Counted from the first letter of the stretch, positions 51,277 through 61,788 are shown. The stretch: DNA of 64,000 nt from an uncultured Polaribacter sp. (GCF_947495205.1 NZ_CANLXV010000009.1:1243-65242); one strand, 5' to 3'. The notes: generated by a model not told the origin, from the sequence alone. Program-made: numbers and translations.

Positions 51277-51873
51277 ATGACGCAAACAAATGAACTTTAT
51301 TTAATTGAGCAGTTACAAAATATGGGAACTGCTGCAAGAGAAAACAGAAAAAGGGTTGCAGATATTGTGTTAGCCAAAAAAGATTTATTTGAAGCACTGG
51401 TTTCTGTTACCTTTTTTGTTGATGATAAAGTGTCTATTAAAGCTGCTTGGATTTTAGAGTGGATTTGTACCCACCATAATTTAAATTGGATATTGCCACA
51501 TTTAACAGAATTTACAGAAAATATTCAATATTTAAAATTTGATAGCGCAATAAGACCTTGTGCAAAAATTTGTGAACATATAGCAAACGCTTTTTTTGAT
51601 AAAACAACAAATGAAACCAAAAAAGTATTAACCAAAACTCACATAGAAAATATCGTCAACACTGGTTTTGATTGGTTAATTACTCCGCAAAAAATTGCAG
51701 TTAGAGCATACATTATGAATACTTTGTATTTATTTGGATTAAACAGTAATTGGATTCATACTGAGTTAAAACATTTAATAGTATCTAAAATAATTCATGA
51801 AAGTAAAGGAACAAAAGCACGCGGAAAACAAATTCTTTTACGCATAGAAAAACATCAAAATTCCCATGAATAA
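51277..51873 (+). CDS. hypothetical protein
   Basis: 198-aa ORF with coding-like composition and no motif I recognise. Confidence 0.45.
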   Translation: MTQTNELYLIEQLQNMGTAARENRKRVADIVLAKKDLFEALVSVTFFVDDKVSIKAAWILEWICTHHNLNWILPHLTEFTENIQYLKFDSAIRPCAKICEHIANAFFDKTTNETKKVLTKTHIENIVNTGFDWLITPQKIAVRAYIMNTLYLFGLNSNWIHTELKHLIVSKIIHESKGTKARGKQILLRIEKHQNSHE

Positions 51874-51917
51874 CTGTGTTTTAATGCTTATTTTTGCAGC
51901 TTACAACACAACAAAAA

Positions 51918-53261
51918 ATGAACTTAACACAATTGAATGCCATTTCTCCTATTGATGGAAGGTACAGAGGAAAAATAGAAAAATTAGCCAACTACTTTTC
52001 TGAAGAGGCTTTAATAAAATACAGAGTTCGCGTAGAAATAGAATATTTTATTGCATTATGCGAAATTCCTTTACCTCAACTAGCAAATTTTAATGCATCT
52101 TTATTTGATGATTTACGTAAAATTTATACAGATTTTACTGCGGAAGACGCTCAGAAAATAAAAGATATTGAGAAAATTACAAATCATGATGTTAAGGCCG
52201 TTGAATATTTTATTAAAGAAAAATTTGACGCGTTAAATTTACAAGAATTCAAAGAATTTATCCATTTTGGCTTAACTTCTCAAGACATTAATAATACTGC
52301 AATTCCTCTTTCTATAAAAGAGGCAATGAATGCTGTTTTTGTACCTCAATATTTTGAGGTTTTAGAAAAATTACAAACTTTAGTAATTGAGTGGAAAGAG
52401 GTTTCTATGTTGGCTAGAACTCATGGCCAGCCAGCATCTCCTACAAGATTAGGTAAAGAAATAGATGTTTACGTTACACGCTTAAAAGAGCAATTTAATT
52501 TATTAAATGATATACCAAGTGCTGCCAAATTTGGTGGAGCAACTGGTAATTTTAATGCACATAAAGTTGCATATAAAGATATAGATTGGAAAGCATTTGG
52601 TAGCAGTTTTGTACAAGAAAAACTAGGTTTGTACCATAGTTTTCCTACAACACAAATAGAACATTATGACCATTTAGCAGCTTTATTTGACTGTTTAAAA
52701 AGAATAAATACCATAATTATAGATTTAGATAGAGATTTCTGGACCTATGTTTCTATGGATTATTTTAAACAAAAAATTAAAGCAGGAGAAGTAGGTTCTT
52801 CTGCAATGCCACATAAAGTAAACCCTATAGATTTTGAGAACTCTGAAGGAAATTTAGGAATTGCAAATGCCATTTTTGAACATCTTTCTGCAAAATTGCC
52901 AATTTCTAGATTGCAAAGAGATTTAACAGATAGTACTGTTTTACGTAATGTTGGTGTACCTTTTGGACACACAATTATTGCTTTTACGTCTACTTTAAAA
53001 GGATTAAATAAATTATTGTTAAACAAAGAAAAGTTTGAGCAAGATTTAGAAAATAATTGGGCTGTTGTGGCAGAAGCAATTCAAACTATTTTAAGAAGAG
53101 AAGCTTATCCAAATCCTTATGAAGCGTTGAAAGGGTTAACAAGAACTAATGAGAAAATTAATCAAAACTCAATTGCCAATTTTATAGATACTTTAGATGT
53201 TTCACCAACCATTAAAGAAGAATTAAAAGCAATTACACCAGCAAATTATACAGGAATTTAG
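51918..53261 (+). CDS. purB: adenylosuccinate lyase
   Basis: SSAMPHKVNP signature. I prefer the ATG at 51918 (MNLTQLNAISPIDGRY) over the TTG at 51894 used in the ORF track. Confidence 0.92.
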   Translation: MNLTQLNAISPIDGRYRGKIEKLANYFSEEALIKYRVRVEIEYFIALCEIPLPQLANFNASLFDDLRKIYTDFTAEDAQKIKDIEKITNHDVKAVEYFIKEKFDALNLQEFKEFIHFGLTSQDINNTAIPLSIKEAMNAVFVPQYFEVLEKLQTLVIEWKEVSMLARTHGQPASPTRLGKEIDVYVTRLKEQFNLLNDIPSAAKFGGATGNFNAHKVAYKDIDWKAFGSSFVQEKLGLYHSFPTTQIEHYDHLAALFDCLKRINTIIIDLDRDFWTYVSMDYFKQKIKAGEVGSSAMPHKVNPIDFENSEGNLGIANAIFEHLSAKLPISRLQRDLTDSTVLRNVGVPFGHTIIAFTSTLKGLNKLLLNKEKFEQDLENNWAVVAEAIQTILRREAYPNPYEALKGLTRTNEKINQNSIANFIDTLDVSPTIKEELKAITPANYTGI

Positions 53262-53267
53262 ATTTCG

Positions 53268-53332
53268 TTGGAAGTTGGAAGTTGGAAGTTGGAAGTTGGA
53301 AGTTGGAAGTTGGAAGTTGGAAGTTGGAAGTT
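53268..53332. repeat. perfect heptanucleotide microsatellite, (GGAAGTT)x9
   Basis: Read directly: nine uninterrupted GGAAGTT units at 53270-53332, plus the 2-nt partial tt at 53268-53269. It starts 7 nt after the purB stop and ends 15 nt before the next start codon. Confidence 0.97.
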
Positions 53333-53347
53333 TAAAATTGAAAAAAC

Positions 53348-53806
53348 ATGTTAGATAGAAAATCAAAAAAGAGTTTTTTAGCAAGATTTACTAAAACTGC
53401 TATTTGTTTAGGAATGGGACTTTTTTTCTTAGTTGCTTGTTCTTCAGAAAAACCAGATGCAGACAGATTTAAACAAGGTGTTTTTGAAATTCCTGCAGGC
53501 GATGGCTACAGTAAAACCATTATCACCAGAAAAGATAGTTTCCAAATAGAAGAATACGAGAAAATTATAAGTATTTCTAATGATAGTACTGTACAAGAAA
53601 AAAGAGTAAAAAGAATAGATACTTTATACATAAAATGGAAAAGTAACTTCTTTTATTCTTTAAAAATGAAATCTCCAAAAAAACAGTTAGACAAAGACGC
53701 TATTTATGTGCAAATAACCAAAGTTACAGATAGTTCTTATGATTTTTCTGCTAAAGTTGGTTTTAGTAAATTTAAAACAGAGGGTACACTTTTTAAAATA
53801 AAGTAA
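53348..53806 (+). CDS. hypothetical lipoprotein
   Basis: 152 aa with a lipobox-like LVAC|SSEK after a hydrophobic segment. Confidence 0.55.
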   Translation: MLDRKSKKSFLARFTKTAICLGMGLFFLVACSSEKPDADRFKQGVFEIPAGDGYSKTIITRKDSFQIEEYEKIISISNDSTVQEKRVKRIDTLYIKWKSNFFYSLKMKSPKKQLDKDAIYVQITKVTDSSYDFSAKVGFSKFKTEGTLFKIK

Positions 53807-53929
53807 TATTTAACAAAAGTATAGGTCTTAATTTTAAAGCTAATTAGTACTTTGCATCCGTTTTAAAATAGTAACATATAATTAAATAAAACTATCAAAA
53901 AAATACACAAACATATAAGTCTATTCTTA

Positions 53930-54208
53930 TTGGCACTTTTTGTAATGCCTTTAATTATGATGTCTTTACATGCTTTTAGTAATCACGAGCATGGTATTTG
54001 TACTTCTAAAGTAGAAAAACATATACATGAAAAAGATACAGACTGTAGTTTGCATTTAATTAAACAATCTACACCTTTATTAACACAAAATACGTTTCAA
54101 GAAATTATTACAATTCCTTGTAATACCAAAGCCTTAACAACGTATTCTTACTTAAAAAATCATTATCAATTAGCTTTTTCTCTAAGAGGACCACCTGCTA
54201 TTACTTAA
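53930..54208 (+). CDS. small His/Cys-rich hypothetical protein
   Basis: 92-aa ORF with a non-ATG start in the track (alternative ATG at 53945). Contains HAFSNHEHGICTSKVEKHIHEKDTDCSLH and lies directly upstream of a TonB-dependent receptor. Confidence 0.35.
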   Translation: MALFVMPLIMMSLHAFSNHEHGICTSKVEKHIHEKDTDCSLHLIKQSTPLLTQNTFQEIITIPCNTKALTTYSYLKNHYQLAFSLRGPPAIT

Positions 54209-54247
54209 ATATATTTTAGATATTTATTTAATTGATTAAAGCAAAAA

Positions 54248-56653
54248 ATGATAAAAAGATTTTTAGCATTTGTATTTGTGTGGTTTATTTTTAGCGCTAC
54301 ACAAGCACAAGATTGTTCTATTACTTTTAAAGGAAAAATTACAGATTTTCACGACAATACACCAATTATTGGTGCATCTGTTCACATCTTAGATTTAAAC
54401 AAATACACCTCTTCTAATGAAGATGGATTGTTTGAATTTAAAAACTTATGTGCACAAAAATTTGTTGTAGAAATTAAGCATATTTCTTGCGATCCTAAAA
54501 GAATAAACATCAATCTTGAAAAAAATACTTACAAAGAAATCTTTTTAGAACACCACTTAAACGAATTAAATGAAGTAGTTGTAAGAACAACATCTAAAAC
54601 AACAATAACAAGTGTTGAGCAAAACCTAAAAAAAGAAGTCATAGAAAATTTTACAGACAAATCTTTAGGCGATGCTTTAAACACAATGAGTGGTGTATCT
54701 TCCTTAAATACAGGAAATAGTATTGTAAAACCAATGATACATGGTTTACATAGCAGCAGACTGTTAATAGTAAACAATAATGTACGTATGTTTGACCAAG
54801 AATGGGGAGATGAACACGCACCAAATATAGACATAAATGCAAGCGAAAAAATTGCAGTTATTAAAGGTGCAAATACCTTAAAGTATGGTTCAGATGCTGT
54901 TGGTGGTTTAATATTGATTCAACCTAAAAAATATGCAGTAAAAGATTCCCTTTTTGGCAGCACAATAACCTCTTTTAACACCAACGGTTTTGGTGGTAAC
55001 ATAAATTCTGAAATTGTAAAAACGTATAAATCTGGGTTTTACTCTAAGCTTCAAGCCAATTACAAACAATTTGGAGATTTTAGAGCACCAGATTATTATT
55101 TAACCAATAGTGGTTTAAAGAATTTAAATGCATCTTTAAGAATGGGTTATAATACGTATGAAAAAGGTTTTAACGCGTATTATAGTTTTGTAAATAACCA
55201 ATTTGCAATTTTACAATCTTCTCATATTGGTAACGTTAACGATTTGGTAAACGCAATTAATAACTTACAACCAAGAGTTACAGAAGATTTTTCTTATGAT
55301 ATTACGTTTCCAAAACAAGAAATTTACCATCATTTAGGTAAAATAGAAGCTTATAAACGTATTAAAGATTTAGGTAAATTGTCTGTACAATATGATGTGC
55401 AATTAAACCGAAGAAAAGAATTCGATTTAAGAAGAGGAAACAGATCTAACACACCTGTTATAGATTTAAGGTTATTTACAAATACGCTACAAACAAATTT
55501 AGAGGTAGAATATTTAGATAATTTAAAAATAGACACTGGCGTTTTAATTCGTTATCAGCAAAATGATGCAATTTCTGGAACAGGAACCAATCCATTAATT
55601 CCAGATTTTACAAAATATGATGCTGGTTTATTTACAATTGCAAATTACTATTTAAATGAAAGCACTGATTTTAGTGCTGGTTTTAGATATGATTTTTCTA
55701 AAATTGATGCAAGAAAGCGATACAATGTTACAGACTGGAACGAAACTTTTAATTACGACGAATTGTTCCCAGAATTTGAAACAGGTACTATAAATGGAAC
55801 TAGAATTTTAACAAATCCTAAGTACACATTTCACAACCTATCTGCAAGTTTGGGGCTTTCTAAACGTTTTAATAATGATGTTTCTTTATTAGTCAATTAC
55901 GGTTTAGCTTCTAGAGTTCCAAATCCATCAGAATTATTTAGCGATGGTTTGCATCATTCTGCAGCAAGAATAGAAACAGGTTTGTTAACTTTAGATAAAG
56001 AAATTGCCAATAAATTTATTGTTTCTTTAGAAAGAGTAAATCGTAATTTTGGTTTTTCTATAAGTCCGTATTACAAACATATTAATGGTTTTATTCAATT
56101 AATACCTGTTGGAATTACAACAACTATTAGAGGCGCATTTCCTGTTTGGGAATACAATCAAATTAATGCGCAAATATTTGGGATAGATATAGATGTTAAT
56201 AAGCAAATAACAGAAAAATTTAACTATTTGGGCAGTTTAAGCTTGTTGCAAGGAGATAATTTAACGGAGGATATTGCATTAATTCACATGCCTTCTACAA
56301 ATTTTACAAATACAATTTCTTATCAAAACAAAAATTTAAATCAGTTAACTATTGCGTTCAACCAAAAAACGGTTTTACAGCAAAATAGATTTCCAGATTA
56401 TAATTTTAACACCTTTAATGCAATTCTACAAGAAGATGTTTTTGTAGATATTAGCACAACACCACCTACTTATACTGTATTTAATTTACGAAGTTCTGCT
56501 GTTTTTAAAATGAATAAAAAGAGTAATTTAAAAATAGAATTTAATGTAGCTAATGTTTTTAATGTTGCCTACAGAGAAAATTTAAACAGACTACGTTATT
56601 TTGCAGATGAATTAGGTAGAAACTTTAATTTAAAATTAAAATATAATTATTAA
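54248..56653 (+). CDS. TonB-dependent receptor with an N-terminal carboxypeptidase-regulatory-like domain
   Basis: 801 aa. Signal peptide, plug-domain motifs (IKGANTLKYGSDAVGG) and a C-terminal beta-barrel ending in ...KLKYNY. Confidence 0.85.
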   Translation: MIKRFLAFVFVWFIFSATQAQDCSITFKGKITDFHDNTPIIGASVHILDLNKYTSSNEDGLFEFKNLCAQKFVVEIKHISCDPKRININLEKNTYKEIFLEHHLNELNEVVVRTTSKTTITSVEQNLKKEVIENFTDKSLGDALNTMSGVSSLNTGNSIVKPMIHGLHSSRLLIVNNNVRMFDQEWGDEHAPNIDINASEKIAVIKGANTLKYGSDAVGGLILIQPKKYAVKDSLFGSTITSFNTNGFGGNINSEIVKTYKSGFYSKLQANYKQFGDFRAPDYYLTNSGLKNLNASLRMGYNTYEKGFNAYYSFVNNQFAILQSSHIGNVNDLVNAINNLQPRVTEDFSYDITFPKQEIYHHLGKIEAYKRIKDLGKLSVQYDVQLNRRKEFDLRRGNRSNTPVIDLRLFTNTLQTNLEVEYLDNLKIDTGVLIRYQQNDAISGTGTNPLIPDFTKYDAGLFTIANYYLNESTDFSAGFRYDFSKIDARKRYNVTDWNETFNYDELFPEFETGTINGTRILTNPKYTFHNLSASLGLSKRFNNDVSLLVNYGLASRVPNPSELFSDGLHHSAARIETGLLTLDKEIANKFIVSLERVNRNFGFSISPYYKHINGFIQLIPVGITTTIRGAFPVWEYNQINAQIFGIDIDVNKQITEKFNYLGSLSLLQGDNLTEDIALIHMPSTNFTNTISYQNKNLNQLTIAFNQKTVLQQNRFPDYNFNTFNAILQEDVFVDISTTPPTYTVFNLRSSAVFKMNKKSNLKIEFNVANVFNVAYRENLNRLRYFADELGRNFNLKLKYNY

Positions 56654-56664
56654 AACAAACACAA

Positions 56665-57237
56665 ATGAAAACTTTAAAATCAAACAAAATGAAAACAATT
56701 AAATTATTGGCCGTATTATTTATTTCTACTTTAATATTCACAAGCTGTGAAGATGATCGTAATGACGATGATGGTGAGGATGAAGAAGAATTAATAACAA
56801 CAGTAAACTATAGATTAACAAATGGTAATGATGTTGTAACTTTAACTTTCCAAGATTTAGATGGAGAAGGTGGTGCAGAAGGAACGTACACTGTTTCTGG
56901 AACATTAGCACCTAATACATCTTATACTGGTGAAATAGAATTGTTAAACGAAACAGAATCTCCTGCAGAAGATATTACAGAAGAAATAGAAGAGGAAGAT
57001 GATGAGCACGAGTTCTTTTACACAACCTCTGCTCCTGGTATAGAAATTACTAAAACAGATATGGATGGTGATGGAAACCCTATTGGACTTAAAACTTCTT
57101 TAGTAACAGGTCCTTCTGGTTCTGGTACCTTAACAATTGTTTTAAAGCACGAACCAACAAAACCAAATAATGGTACTTCTGCAGATGCAGGAGGAAGTAC
57201 AGATGTTGAAGTAACTTTTGATATTCAGGTGCAATAA
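56665..57237 (+). CDS. acidic hypothetical lipoprotein
   Basis: 190 aa with lipobox FTSC|EDD followed by Asp/Glu-rich stretches. The start may be the Met at 56686. Confidence 0.55.
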   Translation: MKTLKSNKMKTIKLLAVLFISTLIFTSCEDDRNDDDGEDEEELITTVNYRLTNGNDVVTLTFQDLDGEGGAEGTYTVSGTLAPNTSYTGEIELLNETESPAEDITEEIEEEDDEHEFFYTTSAPGIEITKTDMDGDGNPIGLKTSLVTGPSGSGTLTIVLKHEPTKPNNGTSADAGGSTDVEVTFDIQVQ

Positions 57238-57257
57238 TAAATTTCTTTTTTAAGATT

Positions 57258-57288
57258 AAAAAGTGCTGAGAAATCAGCACTTTTTTTA
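57258..57288 (+). terminator. intrinsic terminator after the lipoprotein gene
   Basis: agtgctga (57262-57269) / tcagcact (57274-57281), loop gaaa, then a T-run. Confidence 0.6.
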
Positions 57289-57402
57289 TTTACATATTTT
57301 ACTTTTTTTAATTCTTTGCTTTTTATATTTTTACCATGTATTATTTTTGTGCTGTTTTACTTCTTTTTAAAGTGATAAAAATGCTCGAATTAAAAGCATT
57401 TT

Positions 57403-58167
57403 ATGTCTAAATTACCCAAAGAACATCAATTTATAGATTTATCAGATTATGGCAGACCTGTTGCTAGAATTATTGCAAATTCTTTAAAAACTACAAAATT
57501 TACACCGGTAGATGTTACGTTGGCTTTTGTAATATCTGGTTTAATTGGTATTTATTGCATTGTAATAGAATATTATTGGGCAGCTGCATTTTTCCTTATT
57601 TTTAAGTCGATTTTAGATGCTGCAGATGGTGAGTTGGCAAGAATAAAAGAAACACCTTCTTACACAGGACGTTTTTTAGATTCCGTTTCTGATATTATAC
57701 TCAACTTTATTATTTTTATTACCATTTGGTACTTAACAGATATTAGTATTTATTGGACTTTATTAGCTTTCTTCGGTATACAATTACAAGGAACTTTGTA
57801 CAATTATTATTATGTAATTTTAAGAAATCATTTTGAAGGAGATACCACAAGTAGAATTTTTGAAAACGCTACTCCTACTGCCTTACCCGGAGAAAAACAA
57901 AAAAACGTAAATATTTTATATTTTATATACAAAGCACTTTACGGTATTTTTGATGAAATTATTTATGCTCTAGACAGAAAAGCACCAGAAGGTAAACCAT
58001 TTCCAAATTGGTTAATGAGTTTAGTTTCTACTTTTGGATTAGGGTTTCAATTACTAATTATAAGTGTACTTTTAGTTTTAGGTTTAAAAGCCTTTATAAT
58101 TCCTTTTTTTATAGGTTACTCTTTTATGATTTTTATTTTCATTTTAATTAGAAAGGTCTTCTTTTAA
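57403..58167 (+). CDS. CDP-alcohol phosphatidyltransferase family protein
   Basis: 254 aa, multi-TM, with DAADGELAR...D...D matching the DG(x)2AR(x)n D(x)3D motif. Confidence 0.75.
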   Translation: MSKLPKEHQFIDLSDYGRPVARIIANSLKTTKFTPVDVTLAFVISGLIGIYCIVIEYYWAAAFFLIFKSILDAADGELARIKETPSYTGRFLDSVSDIILNFIIFITIWYLTDISIYWTLLAFFGIQLQGTLYNYYYVILRNHFEGDTTSRIFENATPTALPGEKQKNVNILYFIYKALYGIFDEIIYALDRKAPEGKPFPNWLMSLVSTFGLGFQLLIISVLLVLGLKAFIIPFFIGYSFMIFIFILIRKVFF

Positions 58168-59471
58168 CGCACATTCTTCGTTTTATTAATAAAACTCAAC
58201 ACAATAAAAGCCGCTAAAAAGAAAACTGCTAAAGACAATACACTAGACTGAATGGTGAAAATGGCGTTTAATAAACCAAAAGTTACCATACCAACAACTA
58301 AAGCAACTTTTTCAGTAACATCAAAAAAGCTAAAATAAGAAGCAGTATCCTCTGTTTTTGGTAATAATTTAGAATATGTAGATCTTGCCAAAGATTGTAT
58401 TGCACCCATTACCAAACCAATTAAACCTCCTAAAACATAAAAATACAAATCTATATTTGGAGTTTCTTTAGTTAAATTAAAACCAATTACACAAACCAAA
58501 CCCCAAATTGCAATGGTTATTTTAAGCGTTTTTATATTGCCAATTTTATTGGATAATCTAGAAAATAAAAATGCACCTAAAATACCCACAAATTGAACCA
58601 AAAGAATGGTACCAATTAAATTTAAAGTTGGTAAACCTAAAATGGTTCCAAAAATACCCGCCATTAAAATAATTGTTTGCACACCAATACTTAATAAAAA
58701 GAAAGAAATTAAAAATATTTTTAAAGAACGATAACCAAACAATTCTTTAGCCACTTTTTTAAACTCTAAAATTCCTTTTTTAAAGTAATTGTCTTTTGGT
58801 AAATCATTTTTTAAATCTTTAGGCAGTTTTGCATAAGTAATTTGTGCAAAACCCAGCCACCACAAACCAACCAAAACAAAAGAAAGTTGCGATCCGAATT
58901 GTTTGTCATAAAAACCAAAAACCTCTGTTTCTATTAAAACCAAACAAAGTATTAATAATAAAATAGAGCCACTATAGCCTAACATAAATCCTTTTGCACT
59001 AGCATTATCCTGTTGTTCTGGATGCGCAACTTCAGGTAAATAGGCGTTGTAAAAAACAATACTTCCCCAAAAACCAATACTCGCTAAAACACTAAAAACA
59101 ATAGCTACCCATAACGTTTCTTTACCTGTAAAAAAAAACAAACACATTACAGAAATAGAACCTAACAAACAAAAACGCTTTAAAAATGTTTTTTTACTAC
59201 CTGCATAATCTGCAATACCAGACAGCATTGGAGATAAAATGGCGACTACCAAAAAAGAAAACGCTAACGCATAATTATAAAGCGAAGTAGGTTTAAAAAG
59301 CATTCCTAAAAAAGAAATTTTACCTTCTGCATTTGCAAAATTTTCTGAAGCCGTTAAACCTGCATAATAAATAGGAAAAACAGCTGTACTAATTACTAAA
59401 GAGTACACAGAATTTGCCCAATCATAAAATGCCCAAGCATTTATTAACTTTTTATCTCCCTTTTGTAACAT
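58164..59471 (-). CDS. MFS transporter (UMF1/Atg22-like)
   Basis: 435 aa with about 12 predicted TM segments and an N-terminal WAFYDWANS motif. Confidence 0.78.
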   Translation of the reverse strand: MLQKGDKKLINAWAFYDWANSVYSLVISTAVFPIYYAGLTASENFANAEGKISFLGMLFKPTSLYNYALAFSFLVVAILSPMLSGIADYAGSKKTFLKRFCLLGSISVMCLFFFTGKETLWVAIVFSVLASIGFWGSIVFYNAYLPEVAHPEQQDNASAKGFMLGYSGSILLLILCLVLIETEVFGFYDKQFGSQLSFVLVGLWWLGFAQITYAKLPKDLKNDLPKDNYFKKGILEFKKVAKELFGYRSLKIFLISFFLLSIGVQTIILMAGIFGTILGLPTLNLIGTILLVQFVGILGAFLFSRLSNKIGNIKTLKITIAIWGLVCVIGFNLTKETPNIDLYFYVLGGLIGLVMGAIQSLARSTYSKLLPKTEDTASYFSFFDVTEKVALVVGMVTFGLLNAIFTIQSSVLSLAVFFLAAFIVLSFINKTKNVR

Positions 59472-59559
59472 TATAATATCTCTAAATTTAATTCATAAAA
59501 AAACCGTTCAATTGGTATTGAACGGCTTACAATATAGTAAAAGTTTAATTGCAAAAAAT

Positions 59560-60375
59560 TTAATTTCTTACTGGTGATGCATTATATTGTGCTGCATACT
59601 TTCTTGCAGTTGGTAAGTAATTTTTCAAATCATTAATTCTAGTTTCGTTGTGCGGGTGTGTACTTAGCAATTCTGGTTGTTGTTGTCCTTTTGCTCTCTG
59701 ACTCATTCTTACCCAAACTTCTGCAGCTTCTGTGCCCTTATAACCTGCCATTATCATAAAAACTAAACCTAATCTATCTGCTTCCTGCTCATGCACTCTG
59801 CTAAATTTTAGCATCCCTAAACCAGAACCAACACCAAACGCAGTATTCCAAATTTGTTGCGCTTCTGGGCTTTTACCTGATGTTCCTAAAGCTACAGCCA
59901 AACCTCCTATTTGTTGCATTTGTCCTTGAGACATACGTTCTTGACCATGTTTTGCAAAAGCATGTGCAACTTCATGCCCCATAACTGCTGCAACACCATC
60001 TACATTAGCACAAATTGGCATAATACCCGTGTAAAAAACTACTTTACCTCCAGGCATACACCAAGCGTTTACGGTTTCATCTTCTACCAAATTAAATTCC
60101 CATTTATAAGAATCTGCTTCTTTAGTCATTTTATTTGCTCTCATAAAACGGTCTACAGCCGCAGAAATATTTTTACCAACCTCTTTTATCTGATTGGTCA
60201 TTTCTCTATTGGTAGATAATTTATTTTCTTCTAAAAAACCTTTATACTGAGCAAAACTTGCAGGTAAAACCTGTGCATCACTTACAAAATTAACACGACT
60301 TCTGCCAGTAATTGGCACTGTACTACATTCTGCAAATAAAAATATTGTAAATAAAAGTAAACTTATTTTTTTCAT
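59560..60375 (-). CDS. M48-family metallopeptidase lipoprotein
   Basis: 271 aa. HEVAHA zinc motif, downstream EQEADRLG and a signal/lipobox FAEC. Confidence 0.85.
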   Translation of the reverse strand: MKKISLLLFTIFLFAECSTVPITGRSRVNFVSDAQVLPASFAQYKGFLEENKLSTNREMTNQIKEVGKNISAAVDRFMRANKMTKEADSYKWEFNLVEDETVNAWCMPGGKVVFYTGIMPICANVDGVAAVMGHEVAHAFAKHGQERMSQGQMQQIGGLAVALGTSGKSPEAQQIWNTAFGVGSGLGMLKFSRVHEQEADRLGLVFMIMAGYKGTEAAEVWVRMSQRAKGQQQPELLSTHPHNETRINDLKNYLPTARKYAAQYNASPVRN

Positions 60376-60565
60376 GGTATTCTATTTTTATTAGACTTCA
60401 AAATTAGCTAAAATATTATATTTTGAAGCTCATTTTTTACAAAGTCTGTATTTTTAATTGGATTATTTGTTAAAAATGCACATTTTTTCTAAGTTATTAA
60501 AAATAAATGCGACTATTTTTTTAGAAACACTTTATTTTTACAAGTCACTTTAATTTTATAAAAAA

Positions 60566-61045
60566 ATGAAAAACATAATCACTATACTTTCTCTTATTAT
60601 ACTTATTAGCTGTAATAGTAAAGCCCAAAACACATCCAAAGAAAAAAAAACTTATAAAGTTGCAAAAACAGCGGCAGAATGGAAAAAAGAACTTACAGCA
60701 AAACAATACTATATTCTAAGAGAGGCAGGTACAGAAAGACCTTTTACCAGCCCTTTAAATAAAAATTATAAAAAAGGAATATACGTTTGCGCCGCGTGTA
60801 AAACAGAATTATATAAATCTAAACATAAGTTTGATTCTGGTACAGGTTGGCCTTCTTTTGATAGAGCCATTAAAGGTAATGTAGAATTAGATGTAGACTA
60901 TAAAATTGGTTATGCTAGAACAGAACTAAAGTGCAATACTTGTGGTGGTCATTTAGGACATTCATTTAACGACGGACCAAAAACTACGGGTCAACGTCAT
61001 TGCATAAATGGCGCCGCTTTAGAATTTATACCCGAAAAAAAATAA
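60566..61045 (+). CDS. msrB: peptide-methionine (R)-S-oxide reductase MsrB, secreted
   Basis: 159 aa. CxxC pairs (CAAC, CNTC) and the RHCINGAAL active site, preceded by a signal peptide. Confidence 0.9.
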   Translation: MKNIITILSLIILISCNSKAQNTSKEKKTYKVAKTAAEWKKELTAKQYYILREAGTERPFTSPLNKNYKKGIYVCAACKTELYKSKHKFDSGTGWPSFDRAIKGNVELDVDYKIGYARTELKCNTCGGHLGHSFNDGPKTTGQRHCINGAALEFIPEKK

Positions 61046-61181
61046 ATCTAGTTTTATTTAAATAGAAATCCACAATTTTATGAATTCTGGATTTTTCTTT
61101 TGAATACAGAAGTTTAAATTTATAAACCACAAATTATTAAGATTTAACTTTAAGTGGCATATTTTTAATTACTTTTATGGC

Positions 61182-61763
61182 ATGAATTTCTTAGCACATT
61201 TATACCTCTCAAAAGACAACACCAATATTATGATTGGTAATTTTATTGCAGATCATATTAAAGGCAATAATTATAAAGGTTTTTCAGAAGAAATTCAAAA
61301 AGGTATTTTTTTACATAGAGCTATAGATACTTTTACAGATACACATAAAATTGTGCGCAAAAGTAAAAGACGTTTACACGAAAGATACAGACATTATGAT
61401 GGTGTTATAATAGATGTATTTTACGACTATTTCTTGGCCAAAAATTGGGCTAGTTATTCTGCGATTCCCTTAGATATTTACACAAAAGCAATTTATACAT
61501 TACTGTCTAAGCATGCTCCTCAACTGCCAGAAAAATCTCAAAGTTTTATAAACTATATGATTGAATATAACATTTTATTCAATTACAAGAAAAAAGAAGG
61601 TATTGCTAAAGTGCTAAATGGTCTAAATGCAAGAACCAAAGGTGTTTCTCAAATGAATTTGGCTATTGAAGATTTAAATATTCTAGAAAATGATTTAGAA
61701 CAAGATTTTACAACGTTTTTTAAAGATTTAATGGAATTTAGCAGGAAAGAAATTCAAAGATAA
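61182..61763 (+). CDS. acpH: acyl carrier protein phosphodiesterase (AcpH-like)
   Basis: 193 aa with the N-terminal MNFLAHLYLS motif typical of AcpH. Confidence 0.7.
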   Translation: MNFLAHLYLSKDNTNIMIGNFIADHIKGNNYKGFSEEIQKGIFLHRAIDTFTDTHKIVRKSKRRLHERYRHYDGVIIDVFYDYFLAKNWASYSAIPLDIYTKAIYTLLSKHAPQLPEKSQSFINYMIEYNILFNYKKKEGIAKVLNGLNARTKGVSQMNLAIEDLNILENDLEQDFTTFFKDLMEFSRKEIQR

Positions 61764-61788
61764 AATTAATTTTTTAAAATAAATTATA

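Noticed and set aside
51230-51397. 56-aa N-terminal extension of the MORN-repeat ORF in the ORF track
   Set aside because: The extension overlaps the divergent gene starting at 51277 and reads as hydrophobic nonsense. An internal ATG at 51229 gives a clean signal peptide.
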